This document shows positions 21,905-30,618 of a DNA stretch of 64,000 nucleotides, one piece after another; position 1 is the stretch's first letter; every line of letters begins with the position of its first letter. Under the pieces are notes generated by a model. It did no database searches. It worked only from the letters and a program-made list of their open reading frames with translations, and was not told the origin of the DNA. Source of the DNA: Candidatus Limnocylindria bacterium (GTDB lineage: Bacteria > Chloroflexota > Limnocylindria > QHBO01); the NCBI GenBank assembly GCA_036380455.1, contig DASVEQ010000072.1, positions 1,545-65,544 on the forward strand. The letters run 5' to 3'. A program made the position numbers and the translations under genes.

Positions 21905-23401
21905 ATGAGCCCCTCGAACGCCGATGACCGGCCGATGCGCGTGCGCATGGCGCCCAGCCCGACCGGGCCACTGCACATCGGCACAGCACGCACCAGCCTG
22001 TACAACTTCCTGGCGGCACGCCACCAGGGCGGCACGTACGTGCTGCGCATCGAGGACACGGACGACGCCCGCAGCACCGCGGACTTCGAGCGCGACATCA
22101 TCGACAACCTTCACTGGCTCGGTATCAACTGGGACGAGGGTCCGCAGGTCGCCGGCGGTGAGGACGTCGGCGCGCACGGCCCGTATCGGCAGAGCCAGCG
22201 CATGGATCGCTACGCCGCCGAGGCTGGTCGGCTCCTGGCATCCGGCACGGCCTATCGGTGTTGGTGCACGCCAGAGGAGCTGGAGGCCGTGCGGCGGAAG
22301 CAGGAGGCGGCGAAGGAGCCGCCGCGCTACAACGGCCGCTGCCTGCGCCTGACCGATGCGCAGCGCGCCGCGTTCGAGGCCGAGGCCCGCCCATCGGTCG
22401 TCCGCTTCCGCGTCGAGCCCGAGAGGATCCGTTTCGACGACCTGATCCGCGGCGAGGTCGAGTTCGACAACGCGCTGCTGGGCGACTTCGTGATCGTCCG
22501 CAACGACGGCGTGCCGCTCTACCACTTCGTCGTCGTGGTCGACGACGAGGCGATGGAGATCACCCACGTCATCCGCGGCGAGGATCATCTGAGCAACACG
22601 CCGAAGCACATCGCCCTCATCCGGGCGCTCGGCTACCGTGAGCCGCGCTTCGGCCACATCCCGCTCATCCTCAACCCCGACCGCACGAAGATCAGCAAGC
22701 GAAAGAGCCAGACGGCCATCACCGCCTACCGCGAGGAGGGCTATCTGCCCGAGGCGATGGTGAACTTCATGGCCTTCCTGGGCTGGTCACCGGGTACGGA
22801 GGAGGAGATCTTCACGCTCGACGAGCTCGTCGAGCGGTTCGAGCTCTCGAAGGTCCACAAGGGCGGTGCCATCTTCGACCGCGACCGGCTCGACCACCTC
22901 AACGGCGTCTACATCCGCTCGCTCTCCGACGAGCAGCTCGCCCTGCGACTGCGCCCCTGGATTCCGGAGGCCGTCGGCGACGCGGACCTGGTCCGCGTCG
23001 TACCGCTCATCCGGGAGCGGCTCGTGAAGCTGGCCGACGCACCGGCGCTCATCGGCTTCGTGTGGGAGCCGGACGAGGTGGTGGCCAGCTGGTACGCGCC
23101 CGAGCTGCTGCACCCGAAGAAGGGCGGGCCGGGCGAGGCGCGCTCGGCGCTGACCCGCGCCGCCGAGGTGCTCGGGGAGGTCGACGACCTCGACTTTAGC
23201 GCGGATCTCGTGGAGCAGCGCTGCCGAGAGGCGGCGGACGCGGCCGGCATGAAGGCCGGAAACTTCTTCACGCCGATGCGGGTGGCGGTCACCGGCCGAA
23301 CCGTATCGCCGCCGCTGTTCGACTCGCTCGAGCTGCTCGGCCGCGACCGCGCCCTGGCCCGCATCCGCCTGGCGCTCGAGAAGCTGGCGGTGCCGGCATG
23401 A
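21905..23401 (+). CDS. gltX: glutamate--tRNA ligase
   Basis: The HIGH motif (PLHIGTAR) and KMSKS (KISKRK) are present. The product is 498 aa. Confidence 0.9.
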   Translation: MSPSNADDRPMRVRMAPSPTGPLHIGTARTSLYNFLAARHQGGTYVLRIEDTDDARSTADFERDIIDNLHWLGINWDEGPQVAGGEDVGAHGPYRQSQRMDRYAAEAGRLLASGTAYRCWCTPEELEAVRRKQEAAKEPPRYNGRCLRLTDAQRAAFEAEARPSVVRFRVEPERIRFDDLIRGEVEFDNALLGDFVIVRNDGVPLYHFVVVVDDEAMEITHVIRGEDHLSNTPKHIALIRALGYREPRFGHIPLILNPDRTKISKRKSQTAITAYREEGYLPEAMVNFMAFLGWSPGTEEEIFTLDELVERFELSKVHKGGAIFDRDRLDHLNGVYIRSLSDEQLALRLRPWIPEAVGDADLVRVVPLIRERLVKLADAPALIGFVWEPDEVVASWYAPELLHPKKGGPGEARSALTRAAEVLGEVDDLDFSADLVEQRCREAADAAGMKAGNFFTPMRVAVTGRTVSPPLFDSLELLGRDRALARIRLALEKLAVPA

Positions 23402-24147
23402 GCTTCGACGAGCCGCGCACCGGCGAGCTGGCGCCTCGCCTCGACGCGCTGATCGACGCCGAGCTGCTGGTGCCCATTCGCTCCTCGTCAGGCGAGATGC
23501 CGGACCCGTCGCTGCTCGACACCGACGCCTTCCGCCATGGCACCGACGGGGAGGGCGAGCGGTTCATTGCCGCGTTCACCGCGCCCGAGGTGCTCACCGA
23601 CTTCGGCCCGCCCGGCTCCGACCACGTGCGGATGCCGGCCCGCGACCTCTTCGAGCGCGCCGACGCGGCGCACCAGCGAGTCGTGGTCGATCCGGGAGCG
23701 CCGACGCAGGTCGAGATCTCGACCGGCGTGCTGCCGTTCCTCGCCGCGGGCATCGACCCGAACCGCCCGGACGCCATGCGTGCGCGCCGGCCGCTCGGCG
23801 AGCTCGGCACCCTCGAGGTGCCGGAGCAGGTCCCCGACCCCTTCGGGCGGGAGCTGCACGCCGCGCTCGACGAGCTGCCCCAGGTCGAGCGTGCCTGGCT
23901 GCTCCGTGCCGGCACCGCCTGGACCGCCGGCATCCAGATGGTGCCCGATTCCGTCCTGGGCGACTTCGATGCGGTTCGTAATCGCCTGCACGCGGTGGCC
24001 ACCGAGCACCTCGGATCCCGCCGGCTGCTCGCGGTCACCGACCTCCGCGCGCCGGCGTTGCGCGAGATCTACGACGCCACAGCGGCCCCATTCTTCGTTC
24101 GGCGTGGCAGCCAGAAGGGAATCCTCGGGCGACTGTTCGGGGGTTAG
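23398..24147 (+). CDS. SseB-family protein
   Basis: It is translationally coupled to gltX (ATGA). The product has the acidic, SseB-like fold LLVPI...AAFT and is 249 aa. Confidence 0.5.
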   Translation: MSFDEPRTGELAPRLDALIDAELLVPIRSSSGEMPDPSLLDTDAFRHGTDGEGERFIAAFTAPEVLTDFGPPGSDHVRMPARDLFERADAAHQRVVVDPGAPTQVEISTGVLPFLAAGIDPNRPDAMRARRPLGELGTLEVPEQVPDPFGRELHAALDELPQVERAWLLRAGTAWTAGIQMVPDSVLGDFDAVRNRLHAVATEHLGSRRLLAVTDLRAPALREIYDATAAPFFVRRGSQKGILGRLFGG

Positions 24148-24159
24148 ACCGGTGCGGCA

Positions 24160-24376
24160 CGCCCGAGTCGGATTGCGTTCCGCTGCCCGCACATTGTCCA
24201 AGTGCAGCCTCGCCGACTCGGATAACGGGCGCCCATGTGCGCATTACCCGGCCGCCAGAGCTCAGCGACGCGCCTTCCACGCTCAGCGCTGGCCCCATCA
24301 CCTCCTGAGCTCGGACTATTGTGCCGCAAACGGCACGTTGTCCGACTCAGCGCGGTCAGCGGGCGAAGAGTCCGCC
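24160..24376. repeat. MITE-like dispersed element copy A, with GAGTCGGAT termini and GTTATCCGAGT / TTGTCCAAGTGCAG motifs
   Basis: It aligns in reverse complement with 61595..61808. The shared blocks are ACTCGGATAACG...TGCGCATTACCCG and GTTGTCCGACTCAGCGCGGTCAGCGGGCGAAGAGTCCGCC. Confidence 0.5.
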
Positions 24377-24395
24377 GAACAAGCCGCGTCGGCCG

Positions 24396-25430
24396 TCACG
24401 GCACGAGAACGATCCGACCACCCACGTCGCCGGCGCGCAGCCGATCGTGCGCGATCGAGGCACCCTCGAGCGGCAGGAGCTCGACGTTCCATACGAGCCG
24501 ACCACGTCGCGCGAGCCGCACGACCTCGCGCAGGTCGGCGGGTGAACCCCACGAAACCGTCGTCAGCCACGCCTCGGCCGTCAGCCGGTCCATCCCGAAC
24601 GGAATCTCGCCGCCGGCTTCGCCCACCAGGAGGATGGCGCCGCCGGGAGTGACGACGTCCGTCGCGTGCGCCAGCGTGCCATCGGTTCCGACGAAGTCGA
24701 GCACCACGTCCGGACGCCCTCCCAACCCTTCGATGGTGAGCTCCGGCTCGACCGCCAGCAGCCCGACATCGGCGCCCAGCTCGGCGGCACGTTCGAGCCG
24801 GCCGGGGTCGAGCTCGCGAACGCCGACGACGAGCTCGCGGCCGTTCGGCACCGCCAGCCGCAGCAGCTGAAGGGCGAACTGCCCGAGCGCACCAGCGCCG
24901 ATGACGAGGACGCGGGAACCCGGCCGCAGCCAGGGCAGCGCGCGCCGGATGGCGTTGAACGGTGTGATGCCGGCGTCCGCCAGCGGCGCGGCTCGCGCGG
25001 GCTCGAGGTCGCCCAGCGCGACGAGATGCCGCGGATGCGGGACGAGCATCGCCTCGGCGTAGCCGCCATCCGCCTGGAAGCCTGGAGCCAGTGAGTCCGG
25101 GCAGCGCTGCTCGTCGCCGCTCCGGCACTGAAGGCACTCGCCGCATCCCCAGCCTCCGAACACCACGACCGGGTCATTGATCTTCAGCCGGGCGCGTCTC
25201 AATGGCGTCGACGCCGATGGGGCGACCGCATCGATCCGGCCGGCAACCTCGTGCCCGAGGGTGCGAGGCAGCTCGACCCGCGTCTGGATGCCGTCGACGA
25301 TGTGCAGGTCCGTGTGGCAGACGCCCGCTCCGGCGACGCGGATCCGGACCTCCGTGCCGAACGGCTCGGGCAGCGGCACGTCCTCGAGGCGCAGCGCCTC
25401 GCCGGGGGCGTGGAGGCGAACGGCGCGCAT
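24396..25430 (-). CDS. zinc-dependent alcohol dehydrogenase family oxidoreductase
   Basis: The catalytic Zn ligand (GVCHTDLH), the structural Zn Cys cluster (CGECLQC) and the Rossmann motif (VIGAGALG) are present. Confidence 0.85.
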   Translation of the reverse strand: MRAVRLHAPGEALRLEDVPLPEPFGTEVRIRVAGAGVCHTDLHIVDGIQTRVELPRTLGHEVAGRIDAVAPSASTPLRRARLKINDPVVVFGGWGCGECLQCRSGDEQRCPDSLAPGFQADGGYAEAMLVPHPRHLVALGDLEPARAAPLADAGITPFNAIRRALPWLRPGSRVLVIGAGALGQFALQLLRLAVPNGRELVVGVRELDPGRLERAAELGADVGLLAVEPELTIEGLGGRPDVVLDFVGTDGTLAHATDVVTPGGAILLVGEAGGEIPFGMDRLTAEAWLTTVSWGSPADLREVVRLARRGRLVWNVELLPLEGASIAHDRLRAGDVGGRIVLVP

Positions 25431-25445
25431 CGGTTCGCCGGCGGG

Positions 25446-25964
25446 TCAGCCGGGCGCGGCGGCGTCGTTTGCGGGGGCGGGAATCGGCTCCGAGAGGGCG
25501 CGCATCGCCTGGTCGACGAGCGCATCGGGCTCGACCGGGTCGATGACCGCGCGGATCGTGCCATCGGCATCCACCGCCAGGGCCAGCGGCTTCGCGACGT
25601 TCACGTTCGCGCCATCGGCCACCGTCTCGACGCCGAGCACGTTCACCGCGCTGCGACGCTCGTCGCTGAGCAGGAGGAACGGAAGCGCGAGCTTGGCGGC
25701 GAACGCCTGCTGCTGCTGCTCGGAGTCCGCGCTGATCCCGGCGACGGCAATGCCGGCCTCGCGAAGGCGATCGTGGCCGGCGACGAGGGCCTCCATCGCT
25801 TTGACGCCTCGCCGACGGGCGGCGGCGGTCATGGTGGGGGCGCCGAAGAAGACGAGCAGCGCGGGCTGCTTTGTGACGAAGCTGCGGAGGTTGAGGAGAT
25901 AGCCGTCGGTCGCGCGCAGGCCGACCGAGGGCAACGCGTCACCGACCTTGACCTTCAGGCTCAT
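25446..25964 (-). CDS. thioredoxin-fold redoxin / peroxiredoxin-like protein lacking the catalytic cysteine
   Basis: It is an AhpC/TSA/BCP-like protein. The peroxidatic P-T-x-x-C position reads PTMTAAA, with no Cys. The gene sits 13 bp upstream of the ADH gene. Confidence 0.55.
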   Translation of the reverse strand: MSLKVKVGDALPSVGLRATDGYLLNLRSFVTKQPALLVFFGAPTMTAAARRRGVKAMEALVAGHDRLREAGIAVAGISADSEQQQQAFAAKLALPFLLLSDERRSAVNVLGVETVADGANVNVAKPLALAVDADGTIRAVIDPVEPDALVDQAMRALSEPIPAPANDAAAPG

Positions 25965-26030
25965 GGGCCGATTGTAGCCGCGCCCAAGGCCCGCGCCGCC
26001 GGCGGCTCGCGGATCGGTATCGTGTGCGGG

Positions 26031-26909
26031 ATGGACGACTCGCTGCCCTCCGAGGCGCGGACCGCGGTCCTGGAGTGGTTCGACTCGAGGGGTCGCGCCC
26101 TGCCGTTCCGCGCCTCGAGCGATCCGTACGGCGTCCTCGTCTCGGAGGTGATGGCGCAGCAGACCCAGATCTCGCGGGTCGCGGACAAGTGGGCGGCGTT
26201 CATGGATGCCTTCCCGTCGGTGCGGGTCCTGGCCGTGGCTCCGCCGGCGGACGTCCTGCGAGCCTGGCGCGGCCTCGGATACAACCGGCGTGCGCTGAAC
26301 CTGCAGCGCGCGGCCCGCGCGATCGTCGCCGACCACAACGGCATGGTTCCGTCCGCGCTCGCCGACCTGGAGCGGCTGCCCGGCGTCGGCCGGTACACCG
26401 CTCGAGCGGTGGCGTGCCTCGCCTTCGGCCGGCCGGTCGGCGCGGTCGACACCAACGTCCGGCGCGTGCTCCAGCGCGTGATCGCCGCCGATGAGCCGAT
26501 GCCGCCGGCACGCCTGCAGTCCGCCGCCGACGGCGCGGTGCCCGCGGAGCGGCCCGCCGACTGGACTCATGCACTGATGGACATCGGCGCCACCGTATGT
26601 CGTCCCACTTCGCCACGCTGCGCGGAGTGCCCGCTCCGTCCGTGGTGCGCGTTCGCCGCGCATGGCGCCTCGTTGCCGGCCAGGAGGAGGGCACGGGACG
26701 TCCAGCCGTTCGAGACGACGACCCGCTGGGTCCGCGGGCGGATCGTCGACCTCCTGCGCGATGCCCCTCCCGGCGATTGGACGCGCCTCGACGGCCAGAT
26801 CGGGAGCCACGACGTGGTCGCCGTCGAGGGGGCAATCGCAGGGCTCGAGCTGGACGGCCTCCTGGAGCGCCACCGCGACGACCCTCAGCTGCTTCGCCTC
26901 GGACGCTGA
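26031..26909 (+). CDS. A/G-specific adenine DNA glycosylase-like HhH-GPD protein (MutY/Nth family, 4Fe-4S)
   Basis: The HhH-GPD core (LPGVGRYTARAV, VDTNVRRV) and a Cys-X6-C-X2-C-X5-C cluster (CRPTSPRCAECPLRPWC) are present. The product is short (292 aa) and shows no NUDIX-like C-domain. Confidence 0.7.
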   Translation: MDDSLPSEARTAVLEWFDSRGRALPFRASSDPYGVLVSEVMAQQTQISRVADKWAAFMDAFPSVRVLAVAPPADVLRAWRGLGYNRRALNLQRAARAIVADHNGMVPSALADLERLPGVGRYTARAVACLAFGRPVGAVDTNVRRVLQRVIAADEPMPPARLQSAADGAVPAERPADWTHALMDIGATVCRPTSPRCAECPLRPWCAFAAHGASLPARRRARDVQPFETTTRWVRGRIVDLLRDAPPGDWTRLDGQIGSHDVVAVEGAIAGLELDGLLERHRDDPQLLRLGR

Positions 26910-26922
26910 CGCTGCGGGCGGC

Positions 26923-27651
26923 CTAGCGCGATTCCTCGGGGAAGACCACGCAGCAGAAGCCCGGCTGCCGATCCAGGACGGGCCGCGTGCCGGTCGCGCC
27001 GACACCGGCCACGATCCCGTCGGCCAGCGCCAGGTTCGTGCCGCACACGAGTGTTCGATGCGCCTCCGCGAGGGTGTCGAACGGGCAGTTGCGGAGCCGG
27101 ATCGTCCCGTGCGTGTCGGTGACCGGCTCGTACCCGCCCTGCTCCAATGCCCGAAGCAGGCGCGCCCGGCCCGAGCCCCGGCCGGCGCCCCGAGCCAGTT
27201 CCCGGCCCATCTGCCGCGCCGCCTCGGACAGCTCCGGCGGCGGACCGCCGTCGCCAAGCCGCTCGAGGGCCGATGCGAAGAGGGTGGCCGCGCGTTCATA
27301 TCGCCGCTCCGGGACGGTCACGCTGAACTCGCGCTCGGACCGACGGTAGACGCGAGCCGGGCGGCCGGCGCCTGGACCGACCCGTCCGCTGAGCCGACGA
27401 TAGGACGCTTCCAGCAGCCCGGCGTCGACGAGCTTCTCGAGGTGGAATGCGGCCAGCCCGCGAGAGACGCCCACGCCGGCGGCAGCCGCCTCGCGCCCGA
27501 CGGCATCCGGCTGCCCGATCACCCAGTCATACAGCCTTCGGCGCACCGAGTCGTCCAGGAGGCGGAGTGCGGCGAGGTCGCGGGATCGGGGGTTCGAGTG
27601 CATCGCGCGAGCGACTCTATCACATGCCGATCCTATCGATACAGTTGACAC
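26923..27651 (-). CDS. winged-helix (ArsR/MarR-like) transcriptional regulator with Cys-rich C-terminal domain
   Basis: An HTH region (LLDDSVRRRLYDWV...GVGVSRGLAAFHLEKLVDAGLL) is followed by a C-terminal stretch with conserved-looking Cys residues (NCPFD...LVCGTN...FCC). The start could be the internal Met at 27603. Confidence 0.6.
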   Translation of the reverse strand: MSTVSIGSACDRVARAMHSNPRSRDLAALRLLDDSVRRRLYDWVIGQPDAVGREAAAAGVGVSRGLAAFHLEKLVDAGLLEASYRRLSGRVGPGAGRPARVYRRSEREFSVTVPERRYERAATLFASALERLGDGGPPPELSEAARQMGRELARGAGRGSGRARLLRALEQGGYEPVTDTHGTIRLRNCPFDTLAEAHRTLVCGTNLALADGIVAGVGATGTRPVLDRQPGFCCVVFPEESR

Positions 27652-27679
27652 CCGACGGCTGCCGGTGTATCACTAACGA
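27618..27679. promoter_or_regulatory. divergent promoter/operator: TTGACA-17-TATCAC overlapping the perfect inverted repeat TGTATCAC-N12-GTGATACA
   Basis: This is a local AT-richer patch. The promoter and inverted repeat were read directly in the sequence. It lies between the regulator and the His-rich membrane protein gene. Confidence 0.4.
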
Positions 27680-27961
27680 ATGTTGGTGATACAGGCGCTG
27701 AAGGGGTTCCGGCGATTGCCTGCCCTCATGGTCGCGGGGCTTCTGGCGATGGCCATCGGCGGCCTGATGGACGTGGCGGTCCACGTCGCCCCAGCGACCC
27801 ACGACCACGACGCGGTCGGTGCCTCCGAGCACCTTGCGCATGTCGTGGGAATCGCCGGCATGTCCCTCGTCCTGGCGGGTCTCGTCATGCACGGCGCCCG
27901 CCGCCATCACCGCCCGCGCGCGGCCCTCCATGGAGGTCTCGACACCAATGCCCATCGGTGA
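27680..27961 (+). CDS. small His-rich membrane protein (2 TM)
   Basis: The 93-aa product has a loop HVAPATHDHDAVGASEHLAHVV between two TM helices. The C-terminus is RRHHRP...H. Confidence 0.45.
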   Translation: MLVIQALKGFRRLPALMVAGLLAMAIGGLMDVAVHVAPATHDHDAVGASEHLAHVVGIAGMSLVLAGLVMHGARRHHRPRAALHGGLDTNAHR

Positions 27962-28256
27962 TTTCGTCAATCTCATTCCGGCGCCGGTCTTCCTGCTCAT
28001 CCACCTCACCGCCTTCGCCATCGGCGCCTACTTCGCGTGGCGCAGCTTCGAGGCTGACGCCGGGCTGCTTGGGTGGGGATTCGCCCTCTTCGCGGCGGCC
28101 GAGCTCAGCTACATGACCTACCACCTCGACTGGACGGTCTTCCTCTTCGCGCACACGATCAGCGAGGTCCTGGACCTGCTGGCCTTCATCCTCGTGTTCG
28201 CGGCTGTGACCCGCGGCGTCACTGCCTCGCTGCGGCAGGCCGACAGGCGGGCCTGA
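27948..28256 (+). CDS. small membrane protein (3 TM)
   Basis: The 102-aa product overlaps the upstream gene by 14 nt. Its stop overlaps the cupredoxin start (TGATG). Confidence 0.45.
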   Translation: MPIGDFVNLIPAPVFLLIHLTAFAIGAYFAWRSFEADAGLLGWGFALFAAAELSYMTYHLDWTVFLFAHTISEVLDLLAFILVFAAVTRGVTASLRQADRRA

Positions 28257-28609
28257 TGACACGCCGCCTCATCGGGATCGCGGGCACCTGGCTCGCGATC
28301 GGCGTGCTCCTGGCGGCCTGCGCACCGCGGGCCGCCGCCGAGCCGGTCGCCACCGACCAGGTGAACCTGCCTCCCTCGTACAGGTTCGAGCCCGCGGCGA
28401 TCACGGTGCCGGACGGCACGACCGTCACCTGGACCAACAACGACAACTTCACGCACAACGTGCGGCTGATCGATGACGGCGGCGAGATTCTCGCCCTGCC
28501 TCCGGGTGAGAGCGTGAGCTTCACGTTCACCGGACCCGGCGAGCACCGTTACGACTGCTCCTTCCATCCCAACGACATGACTGGCGTGGTCGTCGTCAGC
28601 GAGAGCTGA
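28256..28609 (+). CDS. cupredoxin (plastocyanin/azurin-like blue copper) lipoprotein
   Basis: The signal peptide and lipobox (LLAACAP) are present. The type-1 copper ligands HN...YDCSFHPNDM (His, Cys, His, Met) are present. Confidence 0.75.
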   Translation: MTRRLIGIAGTWLAIGVLLAACAPRAAAEPVATDQVNLPPSYRFEPAAITVPDGTTVTWTNNDNFTHNVRLIDDGGEILALPPGESVSFTFTGPGEHRYDCSFHPNDMTGVVVVSES

Positions 28610-28637
28610 CTGCCCGCCGTCTGAGAGGAACGAACCA

Positions 28638-29309
28638 ATGACCCGCATCCGCGCCTTCCAGCCGATCACGCGACTGGGGTTGATCCTCGCCTTCGCCCTG
28701 GCGATGAGCGGCATCGCGATCGCCCTGGCTCCCGGGGCCCAGCATCACGACGCTGTGAACGCGGCTTCCCGTGCCAGCCGCGCGACACTCCACGACGCGA
28801 TGCGCGTCCTCTGGGAGGACCACATCGTCTGGACCCGGATGGCGATCATCGGCATCGTCGACGATCGGCCCGACCAGTCGTTCGCCGTCGAGCGGCTCCT
28901 GCGGAACCAGGACGACATCGGCGACGCCGTCAAGCCCTTCTACGGTGAGGGCGCTGGGGAGGCGCTGAGCGCACTCCTGCGCCAGCACATCGTGGGCGCG
29001 GCGGACCTGCTGGCGGCCGCCAAGACCGGCGTCGGGTTCGAGGCTGCACGCGCGGCGTGGTACGCAAACGGCGACGAGATCGGTGCCTTCCTGGCCGAAG
29101 CCAACCCACGAAACTGGGATCGCGTCGAGATGCAGCGGATGATGCGTGACCACCTGGACCTGACCCTCACCGAGGCCGTGGCGCGGCTCGAAGGCGACTT
29201 CCCCGCCGATGTCGCAGCCTACGACGAGATCCACATCCAGATCCTCCACATGGCCGACATGCTGAGCGACGGGATCGTTGCCCAGTTCCCCGGCCGCTTC
29301 AGCCGCTGA
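28638..29309 (+). CDS. secreted helical protein, possibly a four-helix-bundle metal-binding (DUF305/DUF4142-like) protein
   Basis: A signal peptide is present. A repeated motif M..(M/L)..DH..(W/L)T occurs twice. Family assignment is tentative. Confidence 0.5.
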   Translation: MTRIRAFQPITRLGLILAFALAMSGIAIALAPGAQHHDAVNAASRASRATLHDAMRVLWEDHIVWTRMAIIGIVDDRPDQSFAVERLLRNQDDIGDAVKPFYGEGAGEALSALLRQHIVGAADLLAAAKTGVGFEAARAAWYANGDEIGAFLAEANPRNWDRVEMQRMMRDHLDLTLTEAVARLEGDFPADVAAYDEIHIQILHMADMLSDGIVAQFPGRFSR

Positions 29310-29325
29310 CGGCGTGGACCCGCGG

Positions 29326-30546
29326 ATGAACACGCACGACACCGTCGTCATTGCCGGGGGTGGCCTGGCCGGAGCCACCGCCGCCTTCGCCCTCCGCGAT
29401 CAGGGCTTCCAGAACCGCGTCGTCTTGGTCAGCGAGGAGGCGGAGACACCCTATGAGCGGCCGCCGCTCTCGAAGGGCTACCTTCGGGGCGAGAAACCGC
29501 TGGAGGACACGTTCGTTCGGCCACCGAGCGACTACGAGACGCAGGGCATCGAGCTGCTGCGGTCGAGTCTGGCGGTGGCGCTCGACCCGGCGACCCGGCA
29601 GCTCCACCTTGCGGACGGGACGAACCTGCCGTACGACGCCCTCCTGATCGCCACGGGCGCCGCACCCCGTCATCTGAGCTCGACCCGGACTCACCTCGAC
29701 GGCATCCACTACCTGCGCAACCTGACCGATGCGGACGCGCTGCGTGCCGCCGCGGCCGAGGCCACCCGAATCGCGGTCATCGGCGGTGGCTGGATCGGCA
29801 GCGAGGTCGCCGCCTCGCTGCGCCAGCTCGGCAACGACGTCACCCTGGTCTCGAACCTGCCGCGCCCGCTGGAGCGGGTCCTGGGCCGCGAGGTCGCCGA
29901 CGTGTATCGCGAGGTGCACGAGGCACGTGGCGTGCGGCTGGTCCACGGCCACGTGGCAGCCGTCGAAGGGGGCAGGCGCGTGGAAGGGCTGCGCCTGAGC
30001 GACGGTCAGCGGATCACGACCGACCTCGTGGTCGCCGGTGTCGGCGCCGCCCCGCGGATCAAGCTTGCCACCCGCGGCGGGCTGGAGACGCGCGACGGCG
30101 CGATCGTGACCGACGAGTTCCTCCGAACCTCCGTGCCGAACATCTATGCCGCGGGGGACGTGGCATCGGCCTGGCATCCTCGCTATCGCCGCCACCTGCG
30201 CGTCGAGCACTGGGACAACGCCATCCGCCAAGGTAGGGCAGCCGCGGCCAACATCCTCGGCGCAGATGAGGCGCACGTCAGGACCCCATACTTCTACTCC
30301 GACCAGTTCGAGCTCGGCATGGAATACCGCGGCTACGCGCCGGATTGGGGCAGGGTCGTGATCCGCGGAGACGTCGCGGCGCGCGAGTTCCACGCGTTCT
30401 GGATCGCCGACTCACGGGTCATCGCCGCCATGAACGTCAACCTCTGGGAGGACGGACCCCAGCTGCGTCGCCTGGTCGAGTCCGAGGCGCCGGTGGACCT
30501 GTCCCGTCTGTCGGATCCGAGCGTCTCGCTCGCGGAGGCGGCCTAG
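29326..30546 (+). CDS. FAD-dependent pyridine nucleotide-disulfide oxidoreductase (ferredoxin/rubredoxin reductase family)
   Basis: The FAD site (VVIAGGGLAGATAA) and NAD site (IAVIGGGWIGSEVA) are present. The product is 406 aa. Confidence 0.8.
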   Translation: MNTHDTVVIAGGGLAGATAAFALRDQGFQNRVVLVSEEAETPYERPPLSKGYLRGEKPLEDTFVRPPSDYETQGIELLRSSLAVALDPATRQLHLADGTNLPYDALLIATGAAPRHLSSTRTHLDGIHYLRNLTDADALRAAAAEATRIAVIGGGWIGSEVAASLRQLGNDVTLVSNLPRPLERVLGREVADVYREVHEARGVRLVHGHVAAVEGGRRVEGLRLSDGQRITTDLVVAGVGAAPRIKLATRGGLETRDGAIVTDEFLRTSVPNIYAAGDVASAWHPRYRRHLRVEHWDNAIRQGRAAAANILGADEAHVRTPYFYSDQFELGMEYRGYAPDWGRVVIRGDVAAREFHAFWIADSRVIAAMNVNLWEDGPQLRRLVESEAPVDLSRLSDPSVSLAEAA

Positions 30547-30618
30547 CACCTGCTCCGGCCGCGGGGCTCTTCCGACCGGCTTCCGGGCGGGCCGAGCAGC
30601 GCGGCGAGTGCGCTACCG

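Noticed and set aside
25251-26909. 552-aa ORF upstream extension of the MutY-like gene
   Set aside because: The N-terminal 260 aa are low-complexity and overlap the opposite-strand redoxin gene. The conserved glycosylase begins at the internal Met (26031).
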